NCBI GenBank assembly: GCA_027923505.1
Contig: BROI01000012.1
Span: forward strand, 806,001 to 870,000
Origin: Mayamaea pseudoterrestris
Lineage: Eukaryota
Direction of reading: 5' to 3'
Length of the DNA: 64,000 nucleotides
The notes under the pieces are model-generated. The model was not told where the DNA came from. It saw only the letters and a list, made by a program, of their open reading frames with translations, and searched no databases. Both the position numbers and the translations under genes were made by a program. Every line of letters starts with the position of its first letter. The stretch's first letter is position 1. Shown one piece after another: positions 11,937-25,047 of the stretch.

Positions 11937-12976
11937 ATGCGTCTTGGAGTCTCAGCCGTCGTTTTTGCCACCATGGCTTCCTACGGCACTGCCTTTGCTC
12001 CGCACAATCACCATCGGCCTCACTTGATAGGCTCCTCGTCTTTTGTTCCAAGCATTCAGCAGCGACCAGCCTTTGCGCCGTCATCAGCTCTGCATATGAA
12101 CTTGTTCGATCGTTTCACACGAGTGGCGAAATCGAATTTGAACAATATTCTCAAAAATCTGGAAGACCCAGAAAAGATTATGAACCAAGCCGTCGAAGAC
12201 ATGCAGGTACGCAATTGACGCAATACAAGTATGGATTTTGTTGTTAATCTATCAGCTCAACTAATGCTGTTTTTTTATATCTGCAACAGTCTGACTTGGT
12301 GAAGGTACGCCAATCATACGCAGAAATTACTGCGACGCAACGCCGACTGCTCAAGCAAAAGGAGCAAGCCGAGGCAATTGGCGCCGACTGGTACAAGCGC
12401 GCTCAGCTGGCACTTCAGGCCGGCAATGAGGGTTTGGCCAAGGAAGCCTTGGGCCGGCGACAGCAGCAGCTCGACTCGTCGGCTGCCTTGCAGCAGCAGA
12501 TTGACACGCAGGCGAATGCAATCGACAAGCTATACGAAGGCATGCAAATGCTGGAAGGCAAGATTTTGGAAGCCAAGGGTAAGAAGGAGCAAATGGTGGC
12601 GCGGGCAAGAACAGCTCAGTCGACTCAAAAGGTGAATGACATGCTTGGAGGTATCACTGGCAAGACTAGCATGGACGCCTTTACGCGCATGGAGGAGAAG
12701 GTTGAGGCGCTCGAAGCTGCCGCGGAAGTGAGTGCGGAGATGGCATCAACAGGAGGAAACTTCTTGCCTGGTAGTGCCGAGAGTGACTTGGAGAAGCAAT
12801 TCAAAATGCTCGAGGCAGGTTCCGCTGTTGATGACGAATTAGCGAAGCTAAAGGGTCTCTTGGGCGGAAGCACGGACTCGCCGAATGGCAGCGCCACTGC
12901 AAGCAAACCTTCTGCACCAGCGAATCCAGTTGTTGATGATGAGTTCGAAAAGTTAAAGCGAGAAGCTGGAATTTAA
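11937..12976 (+). CDS. VIPP1: Plastid-targeted PspA/IM30 family protein (VIPP1); exons 11937-12206 and 12290-12976
   Basis: Signal peptide with GTA-FAP cleavage motif, then the classic MNLFDRFTRVAKSNLNNILKNLEDPEKIMNQAVEDMQ|SDLVKVRQ coiled coil and a C-terminal extra helix (VDDEFEKLKREA). Intron GTACG...CAACAG at 12207-12289 (83 bp) restores the frame. Confidence 0.95.
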
Positions 12977-13100
12977 ATGTATCGCATCGAATGAGCCATC
13001 CATTCTATTTACTTCGCACGCTAACGTCGCAATAGCCTCGTCTACATGAAATACTCTGCTAATAGTAGCATTACTCTTGCTAGTCAGCTCTACACTTAAT

Positions 13101-13880
13101 TTACGCACTCATATGCACATGCTCCTCATACGTTAACCCCTTCAACAGATCTGCAAAGTCATGCCTATGGTGTGTCAAGATTCCGCCCGTTTCGTTGGCT
13201 CGCAGCTTTGCGACAGCATGGTCTCGGACTTGTTTGGCTGCGTCTTCCACTTCCATGTTCCATCCCATGTTCATGCTGTGTAACGCGCAGTCCAAACCGA
13301 CAATGCTCATTCTCCATGTATTCACAACATTGTCGCATATTAATGAGACGGTCAATGGTGTTTTGCCATTGGCCTTGATGAAGGCGACTCCAGTCGTTGG
13401 CAGCAGCAGCGAGCCAGACCCTTTCCACCAACTTGCAATGAGGCGAGTTGCTGTGCTTAACAGGTTGCGAAAGGAAGTAATGTCAACGTATATCTGATCT
13501 ACTGTTGTAAAGTTGGCTCGAGGTGCAATGTCCCAAGTCGCAGTGGATGGAACGTGATGTTTTCGTCGGAAAAGCATTGGGTCGCGTGTGAGTTCGGCGG
13601 ATTGGCAGTCCTGAACGACTCCAACGTGATGAAGCGATCCTTCCCAGTCGGCAGTATACAGATCAAATAGCAGTGCATGAACATTTAGCTCCACAAAGTT
13701 GCCATTGTGGAAGCTTATATCCGTGGTAAGTTGGGTCAGAAGCTTCTCGTGCACGTGCTTGACGGATGGAAATCGGACAATCTGCAGCGTGTACACCGGC
13801 ACCCTAGGTTTGATGACTTGCTGCACCAGTAAGGCTGCCAAGCCAAGTCCAAAGGACCATGTAAATGGTGTAAATATCAT
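13101..13880 (-). CDS. Membrane-anchored hypothetical protein, possible LEA_2/WHy-like beta-sandwich
   Basis: 259-aa ORF. N-terminal hydrophobic segment followed by 'PRVPVYTLQ' and 'ISFHNGNFVELNVHALLFDLY', resembling the NPN motif region of LEA_2 proteins. Confidence 0.6.
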   Translation of the reverse strand: MIFTPFTWSFGLGLAALLVQQVIKPRVPVYTLQIVRFPSVKHVHEKLLTQLTTDISFHNGNFVELNVHALLFDLYTADWEGSLHHVGVVQDCQSAELTRDPMLFRRKHHVPSTATWDIAPRANFTTVDQIYVDITSFRNLLSTATRLIASWWKGSGSLLLPTTGVAFIKANGKTPLTVSLICDNVVNTWRMSIVGLDCALHSMNMGWNMEVEDAAKQVRDHAVAKLRANETGGILTHHRHDFADLLKGLTYEEHVHMSA

Positions 13881-14140
13881 GATTTGTATACTCAGTCGTC
13901 TTCGAGAAGTGTTTCGCCTTGGCTGGTTTCATCATGGAATCCTTCAGTCGTCGCGATCCGCGATGGGCGCGCGGGCGCGGTTGGGTGACGTGAGTTACGC
14001 TGCGACACCGTTTAAGAATTTGCAAAACGAAACGCCATGATCAGCGCGGGTCGTGATCCTTTGCCTCATGCCTCATCCATCGTCTTATCCTAGCGTACGT
14101 GCCTCGTCATACTTACTACAAGCATCGCGTATCTCGAAAT

Positions 14141-14620
14141 ATGACAACAGCAGCCAGCAAGAGTTCGTATGGCGCCGTGGAAGCCGATGACAACGCCGCG
14201 GTCGATCGAACATTCGACGCCGAATCCACCTACTATCTTCCGTCATCCAACGGCGCTCCATTGTCCTTTCGACAACGGACTCGCAAGCTGTTAAACGTTT
14301 GGGTTCCAATACTTTTGGCAGTCTTCATCATGGGCGGTTTTGCTTGGTATCTACTGCGCGACTTTAACAACCTGTATCCGGGACGAGGAGGTGGATCTCC
14401 GGATGGAGGTACGGTTGTGCTTCCAACTGGAAAGAAATCACTTGATGACTCCAAAGCACAGTCTATATCAAGAGGACCGTCAGACGCTTCTACGACTGCG
14501 AGCGGAAAACGTTTGGAATCTTCTAATGCATCGTGTGCAGCGCATTCAGCTTGTCAGAAGCTCGAGCTCATTGGCAACTGCTGTCCGACGGATAAGGGAG
14601 TCGTTTTGGAATGCTGCTAG
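14141..14620 (+). CDS. Small type II membrane protein with a C-terminal Cys-rich module
   Basis: First ATG at 14141 (MTTAASKSSYGAV...), one TM helix (VWVPILLAVFIMGGFAWYLL), C-terminal CAAHSAC...GNCCPT...LECC. Confidence 0.8.
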   Translation: MTTAASKSSYGAVEADDNAAVDRTFDAESTYYLPSSNGAPLSFRQRTRKLLNVWVPILLAVFIMGGFAWYLLRDFNNLYPGRGGGSPDGGTVVLPTGKKSLDDSKAQSISRGPSDASTTASGKRLESSNASCAAHSACQKLELIGNCCPTDKGVVLECC

Positions 14621-15064
14621 TTGCATGAAGATAAAAACTTGCCGAGTTGCGTTACTGCTCGTTCTTCATAAACGCTGCTTTATCATACAGTAGTAGTCTA
14701 ATTGCGGACCTGACCAGAATTATAGTTGATTAGTAACATGATGTAGCGAATAGCACTGATGGAAAAAATAGCGAGTAACGACGTCCTTTGCTTTGGTCAT
14801 CGCGCTCTTTGTAAAAGAACTCTTTGCGACCAATTATTCATCAAATAAGACAACCTGCTAATATTGAAGGTGCTATGGCGGCAATGCTTCATGCTGTATC
14901 GTACCACAGCTGTTGATTCTACAGACGTTTGGTTCCTCGCATTGAGTCGATTGTCTCATGCAAGTACAGTACCGTCCATCGTTATGAGGTAATTTATATG
15001 TACACACAAGTAGCTATTTTCCACGTAGATAAGATGCATACTATTAAATTAATCATCCAGTCTA

Positions 15065-17011
15065 TTATTCCGGAACACTGCCATTCCCTGCAACGTCAGG
15101 CAAGGCGTTCTGCAACGAGCCCATATTCGCCAGACCGCCAGATTCAACTGGCCCGTATTGTAGAGAATTGTCCGCTCCGGCATTGTTTGTTAAATTCGAT
15201 CCGTCGTCAGGGTTGCCTTCCTTTAAGATATTCCCGTCCTGGGGCTTGCGAGCACCGTACCACAAGAGTTGATTCGCCATGGGACCAGACGGTGGTAGCG
15301 ATGATGAACTGAACTGCGAAAAGTTGCCTCCAATAGGCGGCATTCCAAAACCTCGCTCATCCTCGTCTCTATCACTGTGCAAGTCCTTCGGACGAATCTG
15401 CTTGTGCTGTACCTTCAAACGCTTATTGCCAACCTGCGCAAATACGAGAAAGAAAATAATATTGTCAGCATGCGCTCTTCTGACACTGTCTGAATAGACA
15501 TGTCGGCACTCCTGATAGTGACGTACCGCATACCCGTTCAGTTCCTTAATAGCAAGCGCTGCTGCCTCTGGACTATCATACGAGACAAACCCAAATCCGC
15601 GACTTCGTCCAGTCTCCTTCTCCACCATGATGCGGACGCTTAACAAGTTTCCATACGCGCAAAATAGCTGATACATGTCAAGGTTCGTAAAATGATTCGG
15701 AATATGAAAGATGAAAAGATTGGCACCATCGGGTCCCTTGTTGGAAGCCGTCGTCTGAATTGGTGGGCCAGGCGAAGTTGCTGGGTAAAACTGACCTCCA
15801 TATCCCGGAACTGCACCAGACGCGGCCGCCGTCCGCATGCCAGCTTGCGTCATGACCTGTGCACCGCCGCTATACAACCCCATGGTCGCAGCGGATGGAC
15901 GAGGCTGCAAGCCATGACCCTGCGTACTATACATGTCTGGCGAAGGAAGACCGCCAGCATAACCCCAACCAGGTTGCTGCGCAAACAAAGTTCCACCAGT
16001 GCCAGGAATAGGACTTGCTTGGCTAGTACTGTATGGAGAATATGCAGGGTTTCCTTGTAGGTCTTGCGCATCGAGCACCGACGGAGGAAGCATGGATTCG
16101 TCAAACGAATACGCCCGCGCTCCCATCGCCGCTCGCGACAAGGCAATGCCATAACTCATTTGCATGCCTTGTATCTGCGGCGATTGCTGATATCCATTTT
16201 GTTGTTGACTTCGACTGCAATTGACAACGAGCAAGAAGTGAAAGAGACATAATGTCAGAGACCGAATGCAATCCAAAATCATACATTAAAACTATTCTGT
16301 CAGTTCATTCATTCTGTACCTTTCGTTCCATGCAACAGCTTCGTCCAACGAATTGCTCGATCCCGAGCTCAAGTTCACTCCATAATGCTGATAGATAGAA
16401 GGCAGGGTTGTTGACATGTACGGCAAATTTGGACTAGGCGGATGTTGCTGCTGGCCGCTTCCGTCAATCATGGGCACGCGCGGGAAGAGCGGAGAGGCTG
16501 GAGGAATCACACCCACCATGTTCGTCGGACGCGGAGGCGAGAGTGGAGTATTGCTGCCAGTAGCAAAGGCACTTGAATGAAATGGGCCGGATGACGATTG
16601 AAAAAAAGAACCAGTGTCGTAGACAGCGCTCATGCTGATTCCAGGCGACGGAGGCTCTGTAGCTTGCGACTGATGGCCTCCAACGTAATAGCCTGTCATG
16701 TAGGGGTATCCCGAAATGGGTACTGCAGCTGGCGAAGGGGATAGACGATCGTGCTTCAGTTCTACAGCTGGCGAAGGATCCTTCCTCGGCGTTGCAGGCT
16801 CCTCGGTCGATGGCTGTTGTTTCTCATGGTTCTTGTCAGAAGTAACATCGGTAGCAGTGACGACCTTTTCCTCTACGCTATTCGCGCTGCTCCCATTCAT
16901 GGCGTCAAGGGCCTCGGGCTTGGTGCTATTCTTGACCGACGTTTCAATGGAAACCGTACTTCTCGGTGAAGAATCAATGCTCGTAGTCCTTGCGTCAATT
17001 ACAGAAACCAT
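15065..17011 (-). CDS. RNA-binding protein with a CELF/Bruno-type RRM; exons 17011-16320, 16214-15527, 15433-15065
   Basis: GPDGANLFIFHIP (RNP2) and SRGFGFVSY (RNP1) ... NGYA|VGNKRLKVQHK match the CELF RRM3 pattern. GT-AG introns at 16319-16215 (105 bp) and 15526-15434 (93 bp). Long P/S/Q/Y-rich N-terminus. Confidence 0.88.
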
Positions 17012-17653
17012 GCACCTAATGCGAACGCAGCTTTACCCTTTTAGCGCCTCTACTAGCGAAAGCAAGCGAATTTTAATCAAATCAAGGCACTGCAGCCATT
17101 GAAATATGAAAGGCGGAGTGAGAGACTCTGTTTGCGGCTCACAGCGCCTCGTCCTCGCGGAACAGCTGACATCGGATCTCTCGCCCGTAGGATTCCACGT
17201 GAAGATACTACGGAAGCTTCGAAAGAGCTCTCCACCCTTCAAAGTCCGAAGCCATCCCTTCGCGTTGGCAAACAACACTGCGATTAAGCAAACGCAACTA
17301 AGACCTCCTCTTCAACTCATGGTAATATCATACCTGTCTATAAAAGTTGTGTGAATATATTTCTGATCCCTTGACGGCTTGCTAAATGATTCGCGATGCC
17401 GCTGGTCGCCCATGGAGCAACCACGATGACTCCGCCCCTCGATTCCGTCGGTTCGCTCCGCGACTCGATTGATGCAGAAAGGGTTATGGCTAACCTAACC
17501 TATGTTATGCTTACCAAGAGTACTTGTAGGCGCAAAGGTGTTTTTCAAGATTAACGACTACTATAATTTGAGGTGATGGCTTTAAACGTTAACAGTAGAA
17601 ATGTGCTACAAGGATGCGAACCACTCCAATGCGCAACAAGAAATAACAACTCG

Positions 17654-18649
17654 TTAGATGGCTACAGAGCGAACTCCGCTCGGAAAATGCTTAATGGTCT
17701 TTTCCTTGATTTCCTCCGGATGAATCTGCAAGTTCGCCATTCCAGAATCGTAGAATGACGAGTGCAACCATAGTGTATCACCACGAGCAATGTCCAGCGC
17801 ATGCTTATACCCTGCCTTGCCCAACATTTCCTTCAGTTCGTCGCTGGGTCGCTCAATCGTTAAGCAACGGAACGTATACTCGTCCCATGGAAAGCTCCGC
17901 ATGATAAAAGTCTCTGCTCCTTCCACATCGAGCGACAAGTAGTCAATAACCTTTGGTGCGTGAAAGGTGCGAAGAATCGTCGCCAGGCTGGCCGTGTATC
18001 GTTGCTCGACGGCCTCTGCCCTTACATGTTTGTTGTCAAAGCCGGTACCAACCAAGCCTCCAAAGGGGCCTGACTCCTTCCGATTTCCAAGCGTGACATT
18101 GACTTCCTCTCCGTCGACGCTGCCAGCGAGGCCGCCAACGACGTAACAGTTTCGAAAGCTTAGTCGATACCAGTAGATTGGATTACCTTCAATGCATATG
18201 CCTTTCCAACCAAAGTTCTGCTCCAATCCAAACGTGTTGCTCGCCCAGACGGCGTCATTGGCAGCCAAATCGACAAAGTAGCCATCGCGCAGAAAGTTGA
18301 GTGCCTTGATAACAGAAATGTCCTGGCCGTGCTGACTGAACCACATTTGTCCGGCTCGGTGTGTCGGGCTTGATTCGAGCCACCACGTTGTTGGAATCGG
18401 ATCAATCAAGTGATCCATTTTGCCAAAGTAAACGTGAATGGGATGAAAGCCAGGTGGCGTAACGACTGGTTGCGTCATGGTGAATGGTGCAATCGACGAG
18501 GCTGCTGTGGAACAATTCAGCAAACAAACGGATGCATCATGCAATAGCCAAAAGAACGACGAAATACAACATCCAGCTGCAAACACAATAAGATCCCGTC
18601 TCCGTTGGCGTTGCGCCTGCAGGTTACTCTTGACGAGCGGCGGGACCAT
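17654..18649 (-). CDS. FkbM-family (Methyltransf_21/Star-like) SAM-dependent methyltransferase with N-terminal membrane anchor
   Basis: Motifs FSQHGQD, GYFVDLAANDAVWASNTFGLEQNFGWKGICIEGNP and IDYLSLDVEGAE. TM segment LIVFAAGCCISSFFWLL. The start could also be the upstream ATG at 18721. Confidence 0.88.
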   Translation of the reverse strand: MVPPLVKSNLQAQRQRRRDLIVFAAGCCISSFFWLLHDASVCLLNCSTAASSIAPFTMTQPVVTPPGFHPIHVYFGKMDHLIDPIPTTWWLESSPTHRAGQMWFSQHGQDISVIKALNFLRDGYFVDLAANDAVWASNTFGLEQNFGWKGICIEGNPIYWYRLSFRNCYVVGGLAGSVDGEEVNVTLGNRKESGPFGGLVGTGFDNKHVRAEAVEQRYTASLATILRTFHAPKVIDYLSLDVEGAETFIMRSFPWDEYTFRCLTIERPSDELKEMLGKAGYKHALDIARGDTLWLHSSFYDSGMANLQIHPEEIKEKTIKHFPSGVRSVAI

Positions 18650-19222
18650 GATTGACAGTGAAGAAGTTACGATCGTTTGCACAGAACTGTGAATGAAACG
18701 GCGGTGCACGATCGAGGTCATGGGCCCTTTTCAAGCACGGGTGATGATTGGTCGAAACAAGCGGCCAAAGCATCCTTTGCTTCATGAATACTTCGAAAAG
18801 GTCATGGGTCCTCTCCAGCTACGAAAGGTGCTGCTTACCGTCGTAGTTTATCAGTTCGATCGATACAAACCATACATCATTGACAGGTCGCCTACTATAA
18901 AGAATGATGTCTACTCATCCAGGTGATTTTTTACCCTAAGCAGCTTTTTCCAATCACCTCTGGACCTGTAGCTTGATGGTTGCTATGCAGCTGGTCATTG
19001 CCATATCAAAGTAAGCATTGGCCAAGCGGAGCCAAGCGGGAAGTGGCGTTTGATCGTGGCATTGCAGGAAGTAGATTTGCGTCGCAGCGGTTTTAATGTC
19101 TTAGCGGTTTTCGTGTCATCTCGCATTGGACGATCGCCAGTGCGCGATGCAACCATGATGATCAAGCAAAGTGATTCTGCCTTGTCATCAACTGCTTTTA
19201 TCCTTTATCCTTCATATAAGTC

Positions 19223-21308
19223 ATGACTGCGTCTCGACTAATAGATGAACTCAGCAGTAAAGCAGGAGTTTCTCCGTCGTGGCATTTTCTGCGAGATTGC
19301 TGCGACGCCCTCGGCCACGAAACTTCCTCGACTGATGACGTGCTGCAGCAAATTCTCCACCATGATCTCCGCGATGTTGTACGCATTCTCGAGCCAACGC
19401 AAACAAGTGAAAATTACAGCAATCTTGCATCGGTACAGTTACGACGAGCAGTATCCAATTCTCTTTCCGCTTCGTCGAACTACAAGTCGATGTTGCCCGA
19501 GTCGTTTCGCCTGTTGGTGCAGGTGGAGGAGCTTGTCGACATGACGCTTGCCGCGGAAGCTCGTCATGCGGGCGGAAATCGCAACGACAGCAGTATTTCG
19601 AATCATGCGACAGTTTCTGCGACGAGTCGGTGCCTCAAATTGCTACTCAGCGACGGATATTATGCGGATGGTCGACCCGTTGAAGACAATCAAGAAAATG
19701 TACTTGATGCATCCCAAAGCAATTTCATTGTCGGCATGGAAATATCTCACATTCCTCAACTATCTGCGACTACATCATCGGCCGGGCTCAAGGTATTGCT
19801 AAAAGGACCGATGCTTGTTAGACATGGCATACTCCAAGTCCATGCTGGCAATCTTATTGTGGTTGGTGGTCACGTTGCGCACTTGGTCCAGCTGCAAAAG
19901 CAAGCGAGACAGCAGGCGCAACGATTAGCCGGAGTTGATCCAACCATTCGTGCCTTGATTGGACCGGAAGGGCTAATGGATGAAACGCAAGACGATGGTA
20001 CGTGGTTCCATTGTGTAAATTGTCCTTTAGCCGTACTGTCTTCATCATCTCCTTACCTTGCTTAAACAAAATTTATACGCAGGCGATGAAGGAGAAGGCG
20101 AAAGTAGTGACGTCGCTGCTCATCCATTGGTGCCGGCTGGGCAGACTCGGCCTCAGCAACAGCAAGAATTTCCTGTGTCGACGCCTCATGTTCCACAACA
20201 GCCAGTACAACGACCGAGTGTCAATCTTGGCTCGTCGCGCTTGGCACCGCCATATATAGCGACGCCTTTACATACATCAGGCAGCAGCAACTCAGGCTCG
20301 ACAGCAATGGCTGGTTATAGAGGCGGGATCTCAGGCGGTGGTGCAAGTGGAGGCGGCGACACACAACGTCCTTTTGTCACTGCTCCGCGCCCTGCCAATC
20401 CGTATGCCACATCCGTGTCAAACACATCGTCCAGTCGAAACCTATCACAGCCTGGATCAAGCAGCGATCGAACGCCTCCTGTGAGCACGGGCTTCGTGAT
20501 GGCATCCGGCGCGCCGGCCTTGGCAATTCCTAACAGTGGCTCGACGACGACAAGCAACTCTCCTGCCGCATTTGCGTCACAAACGGTTAGTCCAACACTA
20601 TCCTCGCACACAACTCACAGTGGATCGTCGGGAGCTGATGTTGCCGCTGTTCACTCGCAAGTCCTTACATTCAACGACTTGCAGACTCTCCTGCTGCGAA
20701 TGCGTACCGATGAAACATTGTATCGGCAAAACGTTGGGAAAACATTTCGGACGCTGCTTCAGCAAGATGGTGTCAAGCTGTACTTTAATATTGAAAAAAA
20801 GAAGAAAGAAACGCTGAGGAAGGACGAGAAGAAGGACGATAAGGTATGTGTATACTTTGCGACGACTTTTTACAGCATGTTCTTTCCGACTAACCGCTAA
20901 CGGTTGACTTGTTGCACCGACCAGTATGAATACGCAATGTCGGCTCGATTTAAGTCGCCGGGTTTTGACGGGCTTGTCACGTGTAAGATCGCTAGTAGCA
21001 TACTCGAGCCATTCTTCGGGGTCAAGCCGGTAAGGCGTGGGCCAAGCAGATACGAACGTTGGTCGATCATGTTGGTACTAAACCTTGTAATCGTCGCTTT
21101 TCAGGGCGAAATGAGAAAGATGAATCGAGAAGACAAACAACGAGCAAATGATATTGTCAGAGATGGGGGACGTAAAGTCCAAGAGGTCTTGAACGGGCGG
21201 CACTACTACGACTGGACGTTGTTGCAGACGCCTGAAGAGTTCTTCGCTAAGAGTCCTGCCCCGGATGGTACAGAGCCTATTCTTCTACTAGTCAGCTTGC
21301 AAATGTGA
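19223..21308 (+). CDS. RMI1: RecQ-mediated genome instability protein 1 (RMI1); exons 19223-19997, 20083-20843, 20925-21029, 21105-21308
   Basis: RMI1_N OB-fold signatures: LQQILHHDLR, LLVQVEELVD, RCLKLLLSDG, GMEISHIPQL, GLKVLLKGPMLVRHGIL...VVGGHV. Three frame-consistent GT-AG introns (19998-20082, 20844-20924, 21030-21104). Confidence 0.82.
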
Positions 21309-21315
21309 ATAAATT

Positions 21316-24300
21316 TTAATGATGTTCTACGCGTCGCATTATGTATTCGGCGTTCGCGGCGCATTCGGATGAACAGTTGGCAGATGCTGAGTAGAGAACT
21401 GGAAAGAGCCCGTCAAGTCGCCGCTTCAAAAATTCTGCACTCTCGAAGTCGGTAGCGTACGTCTTTAAAAGCGACAATCCACTGAGCTGTACCCATTCGT
21501 CGACTGGATGCTGAGACATAGCAGCCACTAATGCATCAAAGGTGTCGCTCTTCATTGGACGAATGGAGGGACGTGCAAAGTTTACGATGATGTTGCTGAT
21601 GGCCGCAAGTGCTGAGCCGAGGACCTCAGGGCGGCGTCGATTGGCTCTCATGGTGGCAAGAATAGCAGCAAGGAACGTCTTTTCGTCTAGGTCTTCCTGC
21701 GTTGCACTCTCGGCTTTTAAAAGTCTCAATATGTCAAGTATGTCGACAATGAGGTCTTTCGATTTACTATGCGCGAGCATTAGATTGACAAGCTGCTGAA
21801 TCAATGATCCTTGTGGCGATTTTGCAAGTCGTAAGCTGTTGTCGGCGGTTGTTGCCATTAGAATAAGACGAGTGACATGAAGAGCCAGGTTGTAGTCGGT
21901 GAAATGATGCGACATCAAACGTTGGAGTGCGGGGATGCCAGCGGCAAGGATGATTTGGAAAAATTCATCTCTCATACACAATGCCATCATGGATTGGAGC
22001 ACTAGGCCTATCATTTCTTTGTTGGCGACCATGCAATCCAAAGCACGGATGAAGTTATGGCTTACTGAGAGTCGATGGGCGAAGACTAGCACGTCATCAG
22101 CTGCATTGACAGTCCGGATGAGTGTTTCCAGCAGAGCTTTATGCAAGGTGTCTTCAATGCAATCACTTGCACCTAGGCAACGTAAGACGGAATTCAGGCC
22201 ACCGCAATTCGCAAACGTCGACATATGGCGTGTGTCGGGTGAAGTGAATATGAATGTCGTGAAGTTGCAAAGGTGCTGGACGATGTCAGGATTGATAAAA
22301 TGAACTTCCAATGCGAAAATCAAGGCTGTTGCGACGACTTCCATGCTTGTCGACGCTTTGCTTGCATCCGGGCAACTCTTAAGGCAGGATGCAACCACTT
22401 GACATGCTCGCATGGCGACAGGCTCTGAACTATTGCTACACATGCGTATGCTGCAAGTCAAGATATCGGTCCAAGTGTTTTGGTTGCACTGTTTGAGAAG
22501 AAAACTTTCGAAGCATGAGCACGCTAGAAGCTGCAACGCAGTATTTGCTTGGTTGAATGCAATGGCGTCGAAAATGCAGCTAAGAGAGACAAGACCCGCC
22601 TTGTCGAGCACTAGATTGTCGCCAACTTGCAAGACGATCATATTCGAGTACATAGCTGCCATGAGAACCCTCTCGTCGTTCTTGTGGACTTGCATACAAT
22701 TGCACATTAGACTTCGACAATCCGCGACTGCTCGCTCAATTTCCGCTATTGGTGTTGATCGGGCCATATTCTGCACAACGTATGTCGAAATCTGGAAAAG
22801 GAATTAAGCAGCAGCAGAATGAGAATTGTCGTGCCGTAGCGCGGAATATGTCGACCAGCATGTTCTTACCAGCAGGCAGCAAGCTTTCTGGATGGCTGGT
22901 TTGTCGTTTGTTTGACTCATGAGCTGACGAAGCAACTTTAGCTCTGCTGTCGTGTTTGATTTGATCGCAATAGTTGCTCGGCCGACGTCAAACGTTACGC
23001 TTTGATTAAGTTTGCCAATCCAAGGAATCACCATATATATGTCGGTCAGCAGTTCGATTATCGTCGATGTGTGCTCGCCTCCGTCGGGCTGTTGCTGCAG
23101 CAAAACTTCAATCGTTCGCTGGATGATTTTGGTTCCGTATACCTTTGTTGGGCGGTCGCTAGTGTGAGACTGCTTTGTATTCACCTTATGAGCAATCGAC
23201 AAGAACTTTAAGAAAAGTTGAAGTACTACACAATGAGTAGCAGTGTCTGGGACAATTCGAGTTGCCTTATCAATGTCAATGAGAATACCTGAATTGTTGA
23301 TGGTTGTTTGATCGAGGACCTTGCCACAAATGTCAGCAAAGGTGCTGGCAGCAGTCTTTTTCGTAACCATATCCAATTTGCTGTCATGCAGTACTTGAGT
23401 TCGAAAGAGGCGGATCATGGAAAGGCTTGGAATCTCCTTGTCGCCCGCAGTCTGAAGCGATACTATGACATTCCAGCCGGTGACGATGACATTTCGGCTA
23501 TGCGAAAAACTCGCCATGGCAGTTGAAACGAGTGACAGAACAGATCCTGAGTGCAAAATCGCAGCCAAGGGACCATCTCCGCGATTTTCGGCAAGTACTT
23601 CGACCGTCGCTCGCATGGCAGCCGCTTGGATTGTTTCTTGATTGGGATAAATGCGCATGGAAGAAAGGGCAACTTCGGCGCATGACAGCCATGTCTTTAT
23701 TGCTTGTGGAGCATGTGCGGAAACCATGAACGAGCGCGAAATGAGATCAAGCGCTACCTTGATTTGTCTTGGTGTGCTCCAGAGCGACCACTTGCGCGTC
23801 ATGCGGGCGACTTGTTCCTCGGTTGCGAGCGGTCGGTCCGTCGCTGACTCGTGCGATGCGTCGATTATTTGCGAGATGAGATGCATAATGGCTTCCCGGA
23901 CGTCACGCTCGGTCGAGCTATCCAGCGCCATGTTTAACAGATTCTTAAACGAAATATCTTCTTGCTTGAACTGCATTGCCCCAGACGCTGTCTGAGTCAA
24001 GTGGTGCAATGCTTGGAGCGCCGCTGCTCGTGTAGCGGCCGTACAGCTTTGAATAACGTTGGCGAGGGAGCTGACAAGCGCGATAACCAGCTGATCTTCC
24101 ATTTTGGTTTCATTTTGAACAAGATGCGCCAACAAGTCGCAGGCTCGTTCTTGAATACCCGTTTGGTTCGAGTACAAAGTGAGGACTTGCGACAAAGTGT
24201 CAATGCCTTCATCTTGAACAATGCGCTCCTTGTGCGCCAGGACGACCGAGCGCAAAACAATGATTGCCTTGTTGACAATCTCCGGTTGCGTTACATGTTG

Positions 24301-25047
24301 TTGAATCTTGGCAAGAAGCATGGGAATCCATTCCTTGCTCATTCTGCAGGTGTTGATATCGTCCGACGTTGATGACAAGGCTTGGCAGAGGTACTTGAAG
24401 CCAAGGTTTGCCACATGCGCATCGTCTCCATGCTCATACAAGACGCGGCAGATCTCGCTGGGATTGTCCATTGGGTCGACACCGTTAATGCCTAGAAACA
24501 ACTTTGCAACGGGACTTTTTGCTTGACGTTTTGAAGTGTTGCGTTTGTTGGACGTGTCGCTCGCGTTTCGCGAATCGCTGCCATGACTGCGACTGGCGAA
24601 AAGCCCCATGAGACCTTGACCGTTGCTGCTACCGATGGATGAATGTTTTGAATGACGCCCTGACGATGGCTGGCGCTGGGATGACGAGGCAGATGACGGA
24701 TGACTAGAACCCTTTCGTCCGAGCTGGTTCGCTTGACTCTTGCGTTCCTTGTACAATGACTTGGCCTCTTGTAACGTATAGCACTTCGTTGTTTCCAAGC
24801 AGTAGCCCTTGTAGACAATGTAGGTTGGTGCTTCAGTCGGGACATTGTGGGAGTCATTCGTCATCGATTCGCGTCGCACAATAGTCAGCGGTTGCCATGT
24901 CTTGTTCCAAAAGCTTCCAACGCTGCGATGCGTGATACGACCACAGATATTGCATTGACCGTCTTGCTTCTTGCACTGCTGAGTTTCATCATTACTGTTG
25001 CAAGCTCCATCTTGGTCGCTGCTTCGTTGAGAAAGAACAATGGACAT
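21316..25047 (-). CDS. Large armadillo/HEAT-like repeat protein with an N-terminal Cys motif; exons 25047-22870 and 22791-21316
   Basis: Intron GTAAG...TTTTCCAG (22869-22792, 78 bp) joins the two long ORFs in frame. Helical repeats such as 'IQERACDLLAHL' and 'VLGSALAAISNI', plus N-terminal GQCNICG...VYKGYCL...C. Confidence 0.8.
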
